From the NCBI GenBank assembly GCA_016432325.1, contig CP066684.1, positions 576,001 through 640,000 of the forward strand: 64,000 nucleotides of DNA, written 5' to 3'. Positions 1 through 9,529 of this stretch are shown here, in pieces (position 1 is the stretch's first letter; every line of letters starts with the position of its first letter). The position numbers and the translations under genes were made by a program. The stretch comes from Candidatus Aenigmatarchaeota archaeon (GTDB lineage: Archaea > Aenigmatarchaeota > Aenigmatarchaeia > PWEA01 > JACQIF01). The notes beneath the pieces are model-generated. The model saw only the letters and a list, made by a program, of their open reading frames with translations, did no database searches and was not told the DNA's origin.

Positions 1-30
1 CGCCACCACATCGCGCACCTCGTCGGCGTC

Positions 31-333
31 GTGGAGGAAGCCGCGAAGAAGAGCGAAGAGGTTTCCCTGGTCGTGGGAAAGAAGGACGGAACTTTAAAAG
101 GACTGAAAGAGGCGCTTGAGAAAGAGGACATGGGTCTGGTCGCGGCTTCCATGGGCGCGCTCGTCGACGAGAACTTCGACGACCTGTGCGTAGAACTGCT
201 GCGATACGCGTCCGCTAAAAATGACCCGAAGGCTCTGATAGCCATGCACGCCGCGTGCGAAATCGCGAGAACGATGGCTCTGGACACGGCGCTGCCGCTC
301 GCTCAGGCGACCGCGTATGTGTCTACAGTGTGA
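31..333 (+). CDS. hypothetical protein (may extend beyond window start)
   Basis: ORF with genome-typical codon usage; no recognisable motif. Confidence 0.5.
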   Translation: MEEAAKKSEEVSLVVGKKDGTLKGLKEALEKEDMGLVAASMGALVDENFDDLCVELLRYASAKNDPKALIAMHAACEIARTMALDTALPLAQATAYVSTV

Positions 334-769
334 CTTGCAGGGCGTCGCCGACATCAACGCCGTGCTTCTCCGCAAAGCCGCCCTGAACTTCTATCGCATA
401 ACGGAACGCGACAGGTGAGGCGTACGTCGGACACTCTTCTTCAAAACACGGAGGCAGGTTCCTGAAGAGCGCGACCACTTTCAAGTCGTCCGAGAGAAGC
501 ACTATATCCAGTTCTTGCGGCACGTCCTTCATCCAGAACGCTCCGCGCGCCGGCGCGCCGAAAACGAAGAGCATGCCTTCGTTCTCTTTTATCGTCGTAT
601 TCATGAGCCCGCGCTCGCGTTCTTCTGGCGAGTCCGCTATCGAGAGGCTGGTCCGATAGCCATCGTCTGTGGTCAGAAGCGCGCCTCCCGAAGGGCCCGC
701 GAACTGCAAAGCGAAGACGAAGAGAGCGCCGAGGATGGCTATTGGCATGAACACGGCAAAAGGTCTCAT
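323..769 (-). CDS. DUF192 family protein
   Basis: N-terminal TM; ADSPEERERGLM...GMLFVF...FWMKD...LDIV...YAIEV motifs; start reassigned to MRPFAVF. Confidence 0.85.
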   Translation of the reverse strand: MRPFAVFMPIAILGALFVFALQFAGPSGGALLTTDDGYRTSLSIADSPEERERGLMNTTIKENEGMLFVFGAPARGAFWMKDVPQELDIVLLSDDLKVVALFRNLPPCFEEECPTYASPVAFRYAIEVQGGFAEKHGVDVGDALQVTL

Positions 770-833
770 AACAGCGCCCCGCACGCAGACATTGTTCTTG
801 ATATTTATATGGTCTTCGCCTATACGAAACCGT

Positions 834-1403
834 ATGAACAAAGGCGTTTTGGCCCTGATTCTCGTGGGAGCTATCGTAATAGGATATTCCTTGTATGTCA
901 CGTACCAATCGGGAGCCGCTGACAGGGGAGTCGTGACGTGCACGACCGACGGAACGTGCGTATGGACGCAGCACATACACGCGTACGTTCCTGTGGAGAT
1001 ATGCGGCGAGCGCGTGGACCTCGGAATAGATGAAGGAGAACTCGGCGACGTGCATACGCACAAGGAGGAGAACGTCATCCACCTTCATACGGCGCTTCCC
1101 TACGATCCTCAAACGCACAACGTGACAAACGCTACGCAACTCAGGCTTGGAACGTTCTTCGACTCGATTGGAACGCGATTCGACCGGACGGGCGTGCTGG
1201 ACAAGACAAACGGAGACGCGTGTCCTGACGGAACGGGAACGCTCAAGATGTTCGTCAACGGGCGCGCGAACGAAGAGTACGGGCAATACGTCTGGAGCAA
1301 CCGTGACGTCATCTTCATAGCCTTCGATAACAGGACAGCAGACGAGATAGAAACCGAGTTGGCCGAGAACCCGATAGCGTTCCCGACTGTAGGAGCGGAG
1401 TAA
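834..1403 (+). CDS. membrane-anchored His-motif protein
   Basis: N-terminal TM; HIHAY, VHTHKE, IHLH motifs; paralog of 5251..5757. Confidence 0.7.
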   Translation: MNKGVLALILVGAIVIGYSLYVTYQSGAADRGVVTCTTDGTCVWTQHIHAYVPVEICGERVDLGIDEGELGDVHTHKEENVIHLHTALPYDPQTHNVTNATQLRLGTFFDSIGTRFDRTGVLDKTNGDACPDGTGTLKMFVNGRANEEYGQYVWSNRDVIFIAFDNRTADEIETELAENPIAFPTVGAE

Positions 1404-1404
1404 G

Positions 1405-2262
1405 ATGGACATGCGGAGGATTGTGTTCGCGCTTTCGTCTCTCGCGGCTGTCGCCGCCCCGGTCTACGCGCAGGGCGTTGTCATAGAGGCTCCTAACCTA
1501 TCGCTTCCCATCCTGATCGGCCTCGCGCTGATAGACTCGATAAATCCGTGCGTCATCGGCGTGCTGATTCTGCTCATGACAGTCCTGCTCAAGGTGGGAA
1601 ACAGGAAAGCCATACTGTCGAACGGCGCGGCTTACACGGCCGGCGTCTACTTCACCTATCTGATAGGAGGCATGACTCTTCTTACCGTGTTCAATCTCGC
1701 GCGAACGCTGACCGCTGTCAGCCAGGCGCTGTACGTCGCCATAGGGGCGCTCGTGCTGTTCGCCGGGCTCCTCGAAACGAAAGATTTCTTCTGGTACGGC
1801 CGCTGGTACAGTTTGTCGATACCCGCCGGCCTCGTACACATGGTAGAGGAACGGGCGTCAGGAGCTCACGCGAGTCTCGCGGCAGCGATGTCGTTCGGTT
1901 TCGTCGTCACGCTCATTGAACTGCCGTGCACAGGCGCTCCGTATCTGGCCGTTCTGACGTTAATGTCCCAGGGAGGTCTGAACTACGTGACGGCTCTGCC
2001 CATGTTGCTGCTATACAACCTAGTGTTCGTGTTGCCTTTGTTGGTGATAATATACCTGGCGTACAAAGGAATGGAGATGAAGAGGCTCGAGTCTCTGCGC
2101 AAGGAGCACAGGGGACTGATGCGCCTCGCGATAGGACTGGCCCTTCTGGCGGTCGGCGTGTGGATTGTGACTGCTGTTGCGGACGTATTCGTTCCGCTCG
2201 TATTGTTCCTGTCAGGCGCAATAGCGCTGATGGCGGTTTTGAAATATGTCTTCAAAGTCTAG
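1405..2262 (+). CDS. CcdA/DsbD-type cytochrome c biogenesis transmembrane protein
   Basis: DSINPC and ELPCTGAPY catalytic Cys motifs; multiple TMs. Confidence 0.85.
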   Translation: MDMRRIVFALSSLAAVAAPVYAQGVVIEAPNLSLPILIGLALIDSINPCVIGVLILLMTVLLKVGNRKAILSNGAAYTAGVYFTYLIGGMTLLTVFNLARTLTAVSQALYVAIGALVLFAGLLETKDFFWYGRWYSLSIPAGLVHMVEERASGAHASLAAAMSFGFVVTLIELPCTGAPYLAVLTLMSQGGLNYVTALPMLLLYNLVFVLPLLVIIYLAYKGMEMKRLESLRKEHRGLMRLAIGLALLAVGVWIVTAVADVFVPLVLFLSGAIALMAVLKYVFKV

Positions 2263-2545
2263 ACGCGCAATAAGGCCGAAGAAGGTGATAAAGAAAGGCG
2301 GCCGCGCGGAAGCGTTCGACCCGCGCAAGATATTCCGCGCGGTTCTCGGGGCTTTCACGGACGCGGGCGTCGAGGACGAGAGCCTCTGCGAGAGACTGGC
2401 GAAGGAAATAACAACAGAGGTCTGCAAGAAGTACGGCGGCAAGGACGTCGACTCGAGAGAGATAAAGAAGGTCGTCGAGCGCGTGCTCGTCAAACACGGC
2501 TACAAGCGGGCCGCGAACCTCTATCTGTTGCACAGGTACATGTGA
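2246..2545 (+). CDS. stand-alone ATP-cone domain protein
   Basis: VIKKGGRAEAFDPRKI...REIKKVVERVL...AANLYLLHR. Confidence 0.85.
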   Translation: MSSKSRRAIRPKKVIKKGGRAEAFDPRKIFRAVLGAFTDAGVEDESLCERLAKEITTEVCKKYGGKDVDSREIKKVVERVLVKHGYKRAANLYLLHRYM

Positions 2546-3508
2546 TTATTCGATTGAGAATATTCTCTTCGGGTTGTGGTATGTCATGGCGTCCGTCTGG
2601 TTCTCTGTCAGACCAAGCCCGGGCAGGAAGTTCTCCACAAGATCGCGATAAAGATACAGCGACGGGAATCCCGACGGGTGGCCGTCGAAGAGCTTCTCGC
2701 CGATCGTATGGGGCGCGTGGTCTGTACCGATGTAATCGGCTTTCCCGTCCTTTACTCTCTGCCTCAAATCAGCTACCGTATCTAAATCGCGCAGGGGAGG
2801 GTTCATCTTGTATATCAGGCCGTCCGGTCTCTGCAGCATCTCGTCTGTCCACATCAGATGATGCGGCGTGACTTCGACAGCGACGCGCAATTCTCCGCGA
2901 GCCGCATCTATCAGTTCCACGGACTCTGCGCACGATATGTGCGCGAAGCATACGGTTCCTTTGAAGTTCGCGTCTTTCGCCAGAAGCAACTGGTCTTTCA
3001 CGGATTCAATTTCGGCTTCCTTGGGCCTGGCGCGGGCGTGCGTTATGGGTCGCGCCGGGTTCCAAAGCTCCGGCTTCAAAAGGCTCTCTTTCTCGCAGTG
3101 CACGACCACCGGTCCCTCGTACCGCAGATTCGAGAGCGTTTGCCACACCCGTTCCTGCGCCACTTCAGAAACTATTCCGAGGTTTCCGGTCGAATGGCCG
3201 GCATAGAGCTTGAAGCCCGCCACTTCGTCGCGTTTGTGGTAGTACTCTACGGCGCCTTGTATTTGGAGATAGTCGTCGATTAATCCCATAAAAAGATAGT
3301 AGTCGCGTTTTCTTGTGCTGGGCACCATCGCCAACCGCTGGTCCACGTTCAGGTCGAGGAGGATTGGAGGGTCTGCGTTCGGCATGTCTATTATCTTCCG
3401 CACGCCCTGCTTTTCGGCGACGGCGAACGTGTTTTCTATCGTTCCTTTGTGCGCCTGCTTGCCATGCCTGCAATGCGTGTGGGCGTCTATGCGATACGGT
3501 ACGGTCAT
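2546..3508 (-). CDS. pyrC: dihydroorotase
   Basis: IDAHTHCR, DMPN, HCE, EVTPHHL, KMNPPLR, GTDHAPH. Confidence 0.9.
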   Translation of the reverse strand: MTVPYRIDAHTHCRHGKQAHKGTIENTFAVAEKQGVRKIIDMPNADPPILLDLNVDQRLAMVPSTRKRDYYLFMGLIDDYLQIQGAVEYYHKRDEVAGFKLYAGHSTGNLGIVSEVAQERVWQTLSNLRYEGPVVVHCEKESLLKPELWNPARPITHARARPKEAEIESVKDQLLLAKDANFKGTVCFAHISCAESVELIDAARGELRVAVEVTPHHLMWTDEMLQRPDGLIYKMNPPLRDLDTVADLRQRVKDGKADYIGTDHAPHTIGEKLFDGHPSGFPSLYLYRDLVENFLPGLGLTENQTDAMTYHNPKRIFSIE

Positions 3509-3559
3509 CCGTTCGTGAACGCAGGGAAAGTATTTAAGCCTGCTGCGCGAACGTCACGC

Positions 3560-4684
3560 ATGAAGGCTCGCACGCTGGCGAAGATAGAGGGCATCGTAAG
3601 GCCTGTGATTTCAGACGTGATGTCGCCCGAAAACCTCATTCGGTTCTATTCCAAGGGCAGGCGGGATTTTCTCGAATTTCTGGGCGACGACAGGCCTGAG
3701 AGTTCGTATGTCCCGCCGGAGAGTCTGAAGCGCACCATGTGGGGACTGACGTTCCAAGGCCCGCTCATGAACGCCGCCGGGATGTTCAAGAACGGCGAGA
3801 GGAAGTACTACGAGGCCTCTGCGCGACAGGGCGCCGGAGCGTGGCTGGCCGGAACCGCGACCGCGTTGCCGCGGGAGGGGAACGAAGTCATGAGCATCGC
3901 CTTCCCATTCGTACCCTACGCCAGATCGCGCGCCGCTTCCAATTATCTGGGCCTGCCCAACGACGGCGATGCGACCATATCGCGCAGGCTCTCCACCATA
4001 GGAAAACTGGCGGGTTGCCCGGCGGGCGTGAGCGTGATGGGCGCGCCAGAACTGGAGGGCGATGGAAAGCTCTGGGCCCTTGTAAGCGGCATGAGATATT
4101 ACGAAGCGGCCGGCGTCGATTTCATCGAGATGAACGAGAGCTGTCCCAATACAGGACGCAGACCGCAGGAGGACGGACTGGCCGAGCGTCTTTCTTACGT
4201 CAGGGACAACTTCCTCGCCTCGCGCAAGAGAAGGCTTCCAGCGATCGCCAAGTTCTCCAACGACACGAAGGTGGAGCAGGTTCCCGGACTGATGGATCTT
4301 CTTTTCGACACGGGGTTCGACGGCGCGAACTTCGGAAACACGTCCACGGACTACAAGAATCTCGAATATTCGATAAACAAAAGAGAGCGCGAGCTTTTCA
4401 ATTACTTCACCAAAAAGTTCGGAGGCGGCGTGAGCGGAGCGCCTCTGAAAATAAGGTCGTTCGGTCTCGCGGCCGCGGCAGTGAAACACGTCAAGGAGAA
4501 CGGCCCCGAACGCGAGTTCCATGTCTGGCGCACCGGGGGGATAAACGGTCTCTCGGATCTCGCGGCGTCTGACATGATAGGAGTGTCGATGAACCAGTGG
4601 TACACCGGTTATTTTGAACGCTTCGCCAAGCACGGCCATCGGGTGTATGCGGAGCTCTACGAGAGGATGTCGGCGAAAGAATAG
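3560..4684 (+). CDS. pyrD: dihydroorotate dehydrogenase
   Basis: NAAGMFKN, PREGN, EMNESCPN, GGVSGAPL, TGGI. Confidence 0.85.
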   Translation: MKARTLAKIEGIVRPVISDVMSPENLIRFYSKGRRDFLEFLGDDRPESSYVPPESLKRTMWGLTFQGPLMNAAGMFKNGERKYYEASARQGAGAWLAGTATALPREGNEVMSIAFPFVPYARSRAASNYLGLPNDGDATISRRLSTIGKLAGCPAGVSVMGAPELEGDGKLWALVSGMRYYEAAGVDFIEMNESCPNTGRRPQEDGLAERLSYVRDNFLASRKRRLPAIAKFSNDTKVEQVPGLMDLLFDTGFDGANFGNTSTDYKNLEYSINKRERELFNYFTKKFGGGVSGAPLKIRSFGLAAAAVKHVKENGPEREFHVWRTGGINGLSDLAASDMIGVSMNQWYTGYFERFAKHGHRVYAELYERMSAKE

Positions 4685-4699
4685 CCATTTAAAGTTTGC

Positions 4700-5254
4700 G
4701 TGCGTTATGTGCTCATGGAATACAATGGCATACTTCTGTCGGGCCTTCCGTCTTCTGGCAAGAGCACTCTTGTTAAGCTACTCAACGAGCGCACGGGCTG
4801 GAACGTCCACTCGATAGGCGACCTCTGGAGAGAGAAGCACGCGAAAGAGGCGCCAGACGTCGCGTTCAGCGAATGGTGGCCGCGACAGCCTCTCGAAGCC
4901 CAGTTCGAGGTCAATCGGCACCTGCGAGAGTTGGCCGAACGGCAGAGCGTCATCGCAGACACGAGATTCGCGCCTCCTCTCGACGGATTGCCGCTGCTCA
5001 AAGTCTTCCTGACGGCGGAAGTAGACGTTCGCGCGGAGCGTGCCGTCGCGCAGAGAAGGTACGCGACGTTCGAAGATGCAAAGGCAGACCTTCTCCTGAG
5101 AGAGGCAAGCGAAGTGGATATTGGAAAAACCATGTTCGGCGCGGACTTCGACTATAGGAAGCCGGAGCATTATCACACGGCATTAAATACGGGCCTGCTC
5201 ACACCGAAGCAGGAAATCGTGTCCGTGATGGCGCTGTTGGGGGAGAAAACGTGA
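4700..5254 (+). CDS. cmk: cytidylate kinase-like P-loop kinase
   Basis: SGLPSSGKST; LKVFLTA...RAER; adjacent to pyr genes. Confidence 0.75.
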   Translation: MRYVLMEYNGILLSGLPSSGKSTLVKLLNERTGWNVHSIGDLWREKHAKEAPDVAFSEWWPRQPLEAQFEVNRHLRELAERQSVIADTRFAPPLDGLPLLKVFLTAEVDVRAERAVAQRRYATFEDAKADLLLREASEVDIGKTMFGADFDYRKPEHYHTALNTGLLTPKQEIVSVMALLGEKT

Positions 5255-5757
5255 AGGGAAACATCGCGATAATAGGCGTTGCCGTGGTCCTTCTGACTGC
5301 CGGAGCGTTCTTCGTTACGCAGAACAGGCCGGACACGCAAGCGATGCCTGAAACGATGGAGGGCTTGCACTGGCACCCCACGCTCGCAATCTTCATCAAC
5401 GACGAACCCTATCCCGTTCCGGCTGGCGTAGGCATCACGCTGGGAAACAACGTAGACAACGACGTGAGCGGCATGCGCATGTCTCCGATACACACGCACG
5501 ACGCGAGCGGCGTGCTGCACATGGAACAACCGTATCCGCGCGAGGATACGGTCACTCTCGGTTACTTTTTCAAGGTCTGGGGCGCGCGCTTCGACGAAAC
5601 GTGCGTCATAGACTGGTGTAATGACGGGACGCGCGACGTCAAGATGTTCGTTAACGGCGAACGCAACTACGAATTCGGTTCGTACAGAATGCAGGACGGG
5701 GATGAGATAGAAATACGGTATGACGAGGGGGATTCGATGAATCCGCAGCTCACGTAA
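5251..5757 (+). CDS. membrane-anchored His-motif protein
   Basis: HWHP, PIHTHDASGVLHME, TLGYFF; paralog of 834..1403. Confidence 0.75.
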   Translation: MKGNIAIIGVAVVLLTAGAFFVTQNRPDTQAMPETMEGLHWHPTLAIFINDEPYPVPAGVGITLGNNVDNDVSGMRMSPIHTHDASGVLHMEQPYPREDTVTLGYFFKVWGARFDETCVIDWCNDGTRDVKMFVNGERNYEFGSYRMQDGDEIEIRYDEGDSMNPQLT

Positions 5758-6436
5758 CCACTCTGACGTCCACGGCCCACGCGCCTTTCTTCGAGACGAC
5801 CAGAGGGTTGAGGTCGAGTTCGCGCACGTTCTCGCGCATTCCGATTGCTGAAACGGCCTTGATTGCCTGTCTTATTGCTTTCATGTCGACGCGCTCTGAG
5901 CCGCGAGCGCCTGCAAGAATCGGATAGCCCTTTATCTCTTTTACCATTTCGTCTGCGTCTTTGTCGCTCACCGGGCAGACGCGGAACGTGACGTCCTTCA
6001 TGATCTCGACGAAGACTCCTCCGAGACCGAACGCTACTACAGGACCGAACTGCGGGTCGCGCTTCAGGCCGACGAGAACGTACGTACCTTCAACCTGCTC
6101 CTGGACGAGCGCTCCCCTGAACGTGAAACGCCGCTTGCGGCAAATCGTCCAGAACTTCTCGAAGGCTTTGTGCGCGTCCGCCTCGGAGCGCACGTCCATC
6201 ACGACCCCGCCGACGTCGCTCTTGTGCACGACATCAGGCGAAACGAGCTTCATGACCACGGGATATTTGTAGCGGCCCAGAACGCGCGACAGTTCCACGG
6301 GCGTGCGGGCGATGCCGTAGCGCGGCGTGCGTATGCGATATTTCTTTGCGAGCACCTGCGAGTCTTCAAAGGTTAGAACCTTTGAAGGGCCGGAAACCAG
6401 AGGTTTCCGTGCATCTTCGAAAGACAGAACTGCCAT
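5750..6436 (-). CDS. acdB: ADP-forming acetate--CoA ligase, beta (ATP-grasp) subunit
   Basis: YPVVMKLVSPDVVHKSDVGGV, DPQFGPVVAFGLGG, ELDLNPL. Confidence 0.9.
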   Translation of the reverse strand: MAVLSFEDARKPLVSGPSKVLTFEDSQVLAKKYRIRTPRYGIARTPVELSRVLGRYKYPVVMKLVSPDVVHKSDVGGVVMDVRSEADAHKAFEKFWTICRKRRFTFRGALVQEQVEGTYVLVGLKRDPQFGPVVAFGLGGVFVEIMKDVTFRVCPVSDKDADEMVKEIKGYPILAGARGSERVDMKAIRQAIKAVSAIGMRENVRELDLNPLVVSKKGAWAVDVRVVT

Positions 6437-6672
6437 AGACAGAAATGGCCAAGTCTGGTAAATAAAGAAGTGGTGCCCGTGGAGGGTTCAATCCCGCCAA
6501 GCAGCGGACAACCGATTTCAGAAGTCGTATATAGATTGGCGGCCTTCTATTTAAGCTTTTCTGCTATTACGACTGCGGTGCATGCAACTGCGGTTTCAAA
6601 CCGCGGTTTACCACACTTACCACCGCGGTGGTCGAAAAAGCTTGACCTTCCAGATTCCAATATAATCGACGC

Positions 6673-6757
6673 GGTGGGGTCGCCAAGTCAGGTGATGGCG
6701 CCGATTTCAGAAGTCGGTACCCGAAAGGGTTCATGGGTTCAAATCCCATCCCCACCG
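6673..6757 (+). tRNA. type II tRNA, anticodon CAG (Leu codon) with Ser-like body
   Basis: GGTGGGG/CCCCACC acceptor, GCC/GGC D-stem, CCGAT-TTCAGAA-GTCGG, long variable arm, ATGGG-TTCAAAT-CCCAT, G73. Confidence 0.8.
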
Positions 6758-6758
6758 C

Positions 6759-7262
6759 CTATAATCTTCTCTCGAAGAACTGCTTCATCTCCTTCCTCGT
6801 CCACCATGCAAAACCGTCAGGCGGATTCTTTGGTGAGAACGCGACGACCTCGGCAACGCGGTTGCCGTGCGTGCCGGCCTTGGGCATCTTTCTCAGGTCC
6901 GCGATAACGTATCCGAGCAGAGCCCAGTGGTCATCCTTCTTCTGCCAGAAGGATTCGAAGTTCACGATGCGCCAGCTCCTGACGCCGACGCCTGCCTGCT
7001 CGCGGACGACGCGGTTTACGAAAACGTCCATCGATTCTCCTTTGCGAATCAGGTTGTGGCAGAAGAAGAGCATTCCTTTTGGATGGTCCTCTGCGCCCGG
7101 CGGCCTTTCGTGACCCGGGATCGACTGGCGCCTGAACGCGACGGCTCTGCCGTGATAGGTCGGAATGATTTCAAAGGTCAGGTGGGCGCCGCCCTTGACC
7201 TGCGTGCGCATAGGTCTTCCAAAATTCGCTTCGTTGTGTTTCCAAGAATAGCGGAAGGGCAT
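6759..7262 (-). CDS. NUDIX-fold-like hypothetical protein
   Basis: degenerate Nudix box KGESMDVFVNRVVREQAGV. Confidence 0.55.
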   Translation of the reverse strand: MPFRYSWKHNEANFGRPMRTQVKGGAHLTFEIIPTYHGRAVAFRRQSIPGHERPPGAEDHPKGMLFFCHNLIRKGESMDVFVNRVVREQAGVGVRSWRIVNFESFWQKKDDHWALLGYVIADLRKMPKAGTHGNRVAEVVAFSPKNPPDGFAWWTRKEMKQFFERRL

Positions 7263-7429
7263 TCGGAGTGTTTCTTTCTGATTAAGATAAGCCTGTATAA
7301 CACCGTTATATCTAAATCAGCATTCTCCACTCGAACCGAAGGTTAAATGAGTATAACAGCGTTATATTCGATGATTTTTGCTGTCCTCTTTTTATACAAG
7401 CGCGCGTAAAGCGCAGCCCGGGGTTGCAA

Positions 7430-8956
7430 ATGACGTCAGTTCCTCTATACAAGATGTTTATCGACGGCAAATGGGTCGGCGCAGACTCAGGCGAAACCTT
7501 CGAAGTAATCAACCCTGCGAACGAACGCCCGATAGCCCGCGTGCCCAAAGGAGGCAAATCCGACGTCAAGAAAGCCATAGACGCCGCAAGGAATGCGTTT
7601 GACAAGGGCGAGTGGCCGCACATGACGCCTGCAGAGCGCACAGCCGTGCTCTGGAGACTCGCGGACCTCGTGGAGAAGGACGCTCCCAATATCGCGCGTC
7701 TCGAGTCCATGGATGTCGGGAAGACCATAAAGTACGCGCGGGACTCTGACCTTCCGTTCATAGTAGACAACCTGCGCTTCTTCGCAGGCGCCGCGCGCGC
7801 CATGGAAGGCAAGGCCGCGTACGAATATGCGGACTTCCACGCCAAGCGCGAACACAAGGGCATGGGCCTCTCGTTCATAAGACGCGAACCCATCGGCGTC
7901 GTAGGCGCCATCGTGCCGTGGAACTATCCTCTGTACATCGCCGTCTGGAAGATAGCGCCTGCGCTGGCAGCGGGAAACACTATGGTCATCAAGCCCGCGA
8001 CGCACACACCTCTCACGACGCTCCGCTTCGCCGAACTCTGCGAGAAGGCGGGCGTTCCGAAAGGCGTTTTGAACGTGGTGACGGGCCCCGGCGAACTCGT
8101 AGGCGCGGAGCTCGCATCGAGCCACAAGGTCGACATGATTGCGATGACAGGCGACACGTCCACCGGCCGCAAGATAATGGAGTACGCTTCTTCGAACGTA
8201 AAGAACGTCCATCTGGAACTCGGAGGAAAGGCGCCGATGGTAGTTCTCCAGGACGCGGACGTCGATGCTGCTGCCGAGGGCGCTGTCGTTGGAGCGTTCT
8301 GGAACACGGGACAGGACTGCACGGCCGTAACGCGAGTCTACGTTCATGAAAAACTTTACGACAAGTTCACCAAGCTCGTCGTCGAAAAGGCGAAGAAGTT
8401 CCGCATCGGCGATCCTCTGTCGCCGAGCACGGACATGGGTCCGCTCATATCGGAACGCCAGCGCGAGCGCGTGGAAGACTACATCGCGTCAGGCATCAAG
8501 CAGGGCGCGAAGCTCGTCTATGGAGGCAAGCGTCCCGCGCACATGAAGAAAGGTTTCTACATCGAACCGACGATTTTCACCAACGCGCCCCAGCACTCCA
8601 AGATATGCCAGGAGGAGATATTCGGTCCGGTACTCACGATAAACAAGTTCAAGACCGTCGACGAAGCCGTCGCCAGCGCGAACGATGTTATGTACGGTTT
8701 GGCGTCATCGGTCTGGGGCTCTGACATCCGCGCGTGCCTTGAGGTGGCGAAACGCCTCGATTTCGGAACGGTCTGGATAAACGAGCACGGCGTTCTCGTT
8801 TCTGAAATGCCTCACGGCGGCTTCAAGCAGTCCGGCTTCGGCAAGGACCTGTCCATGTACTCGTTCGAGGCGTACACGCGCCTGAAGCACGTCTACGTCG
8901 ATATGACCGGACGCGCGAGAAAGCCGTGGCACTATGTGGTGTATGGGGAACAGTAG
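7430..8956 (+). CDS. aldehyde dehydrogenase (aminobutyraldehyde/betaine aldehyde DH-like)
   Basis: PWNYP, LELGGKAP, NTGQDC, EEIFGPV, PHGGFKQSGFGK. Confidence 0.9.
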   Translation: MTSVPLYKMFIDGKWVGADSGETFEVINPANERPIARVPKGGKSDVKKAIDAARNAFDKGEWPHMTPAERTAVLWRLADLVEKDAPNIARLESMDVGKTIKYARDSDLPFIVDNLRFFAGAARAMEGKAAYEYADFHAKREHKGMGLSFIRREPIGVVGAIVPWNYPLYIAVWKIAPALAAGNTMVIKPATHTPLTTLRFAELCEKAGVPKGVLNVVTGPGELVGAELASSHKVDMIAMTGDTSTGRKIMEYASSNVKNVHLELGGKAPMVVLQDADVDAAAEGAVVGAFWNTGQDCTAVTRVYVHEKLYDKFTKLVVEKAKKFRIGDPLSPSTDMGPLISERQRERVEDYIASGIKQGAKLVYGGKRPAHMKKGFYIEPTIFTNAPQHSKICQEEIFGPVLTINKFKTVDEAVASANDVMYGLASSVWGSDIRACLEVAKRLDFGTVWINEHGVLVSEMPHGGFKQSGFGKDLSMYSFEAYTRLKHVYVDMTGRARKPWHYVVYGEQ

Positions 8957-9529
8957 ATGAAGCGTGTCTTCCTTGTCCACGGATGGGAGAGCTCTCCCAA
9001 GAGCGACTGGTTTCCGTGGCTCAAGGATACTCTTGAAAAGAAAGGCTGCGAAGTTGTTGCGCCCGCAATGCCAAACACAGACGCGCCGGAGATAGGACCG
9101 TGGGTTCAGGCTCTCACAAAGGCTGTTGGGACGCCGGACAAGGACACGTACTTCGTAGGCCACAGCATCGGCTGCCAGACGATTCTCCGTTATCTCGAAT
9201 CTCTTCCAGAAGGTTCGAAGGTTGGCGGCGCCCTGTTCGTGGCCGGTTGGTTCACGCTTGTCGGCCTCGAAACCGAAGAGGAGAAAACGATTGCAAAGCC
9301 ATGGATAGAATCCGATATTGATTTCAAGCGCGTCAAGAAAACAACGAAGAAGTTCGTGGCTATATTCTCAGACAACGATCCTTACGTTCCGATAGGACAG
9401 GCGGCAGACTTCGAAATGACCATAGGCGCGCGCGTTCTGATAAGGAAGAGGAAAGGACATTTCAGAAGAGAGGATGGAGTCACGGAATACAAACTCATCT
9501 ACGACGAACTGAAGAAACTAATGAAATGA
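8957..9529 (+). CDS. RBBP9/YdeN family alpha/beta hydrolase
   Basis: VHGW, WFPWL, GHSIGC, SDNDPYV, GHF. Confidence 0.9.
   Translation: MKRVFLVHGWESSPKSDWFPWLKDTLEKKGCEVVAPAMPNTDAPEIGPWVQALTKAVGTPDKDTYFVGHSIGCQTILRYLESLPEGSKVGGALFVAGWFTLVGLETEEEKTIAKPWIESDIDFKRVKKTTKKFVAIFSDNDPYVPIGQAADFEMTIGARVLIRKRKGHFRREDGVTEYKLIYDELKKLMK

Noticed and set aside
6671-6758. tRNA-Sec reading (TCA near the loop; acceptor extendable to 9 bp)
   Set aside because: TCA is off-register in the 7-nt loop, the T-stem is 5 bp and the D-stem 3 bp, which does not fit the archaeal 9/4 Sec fold.
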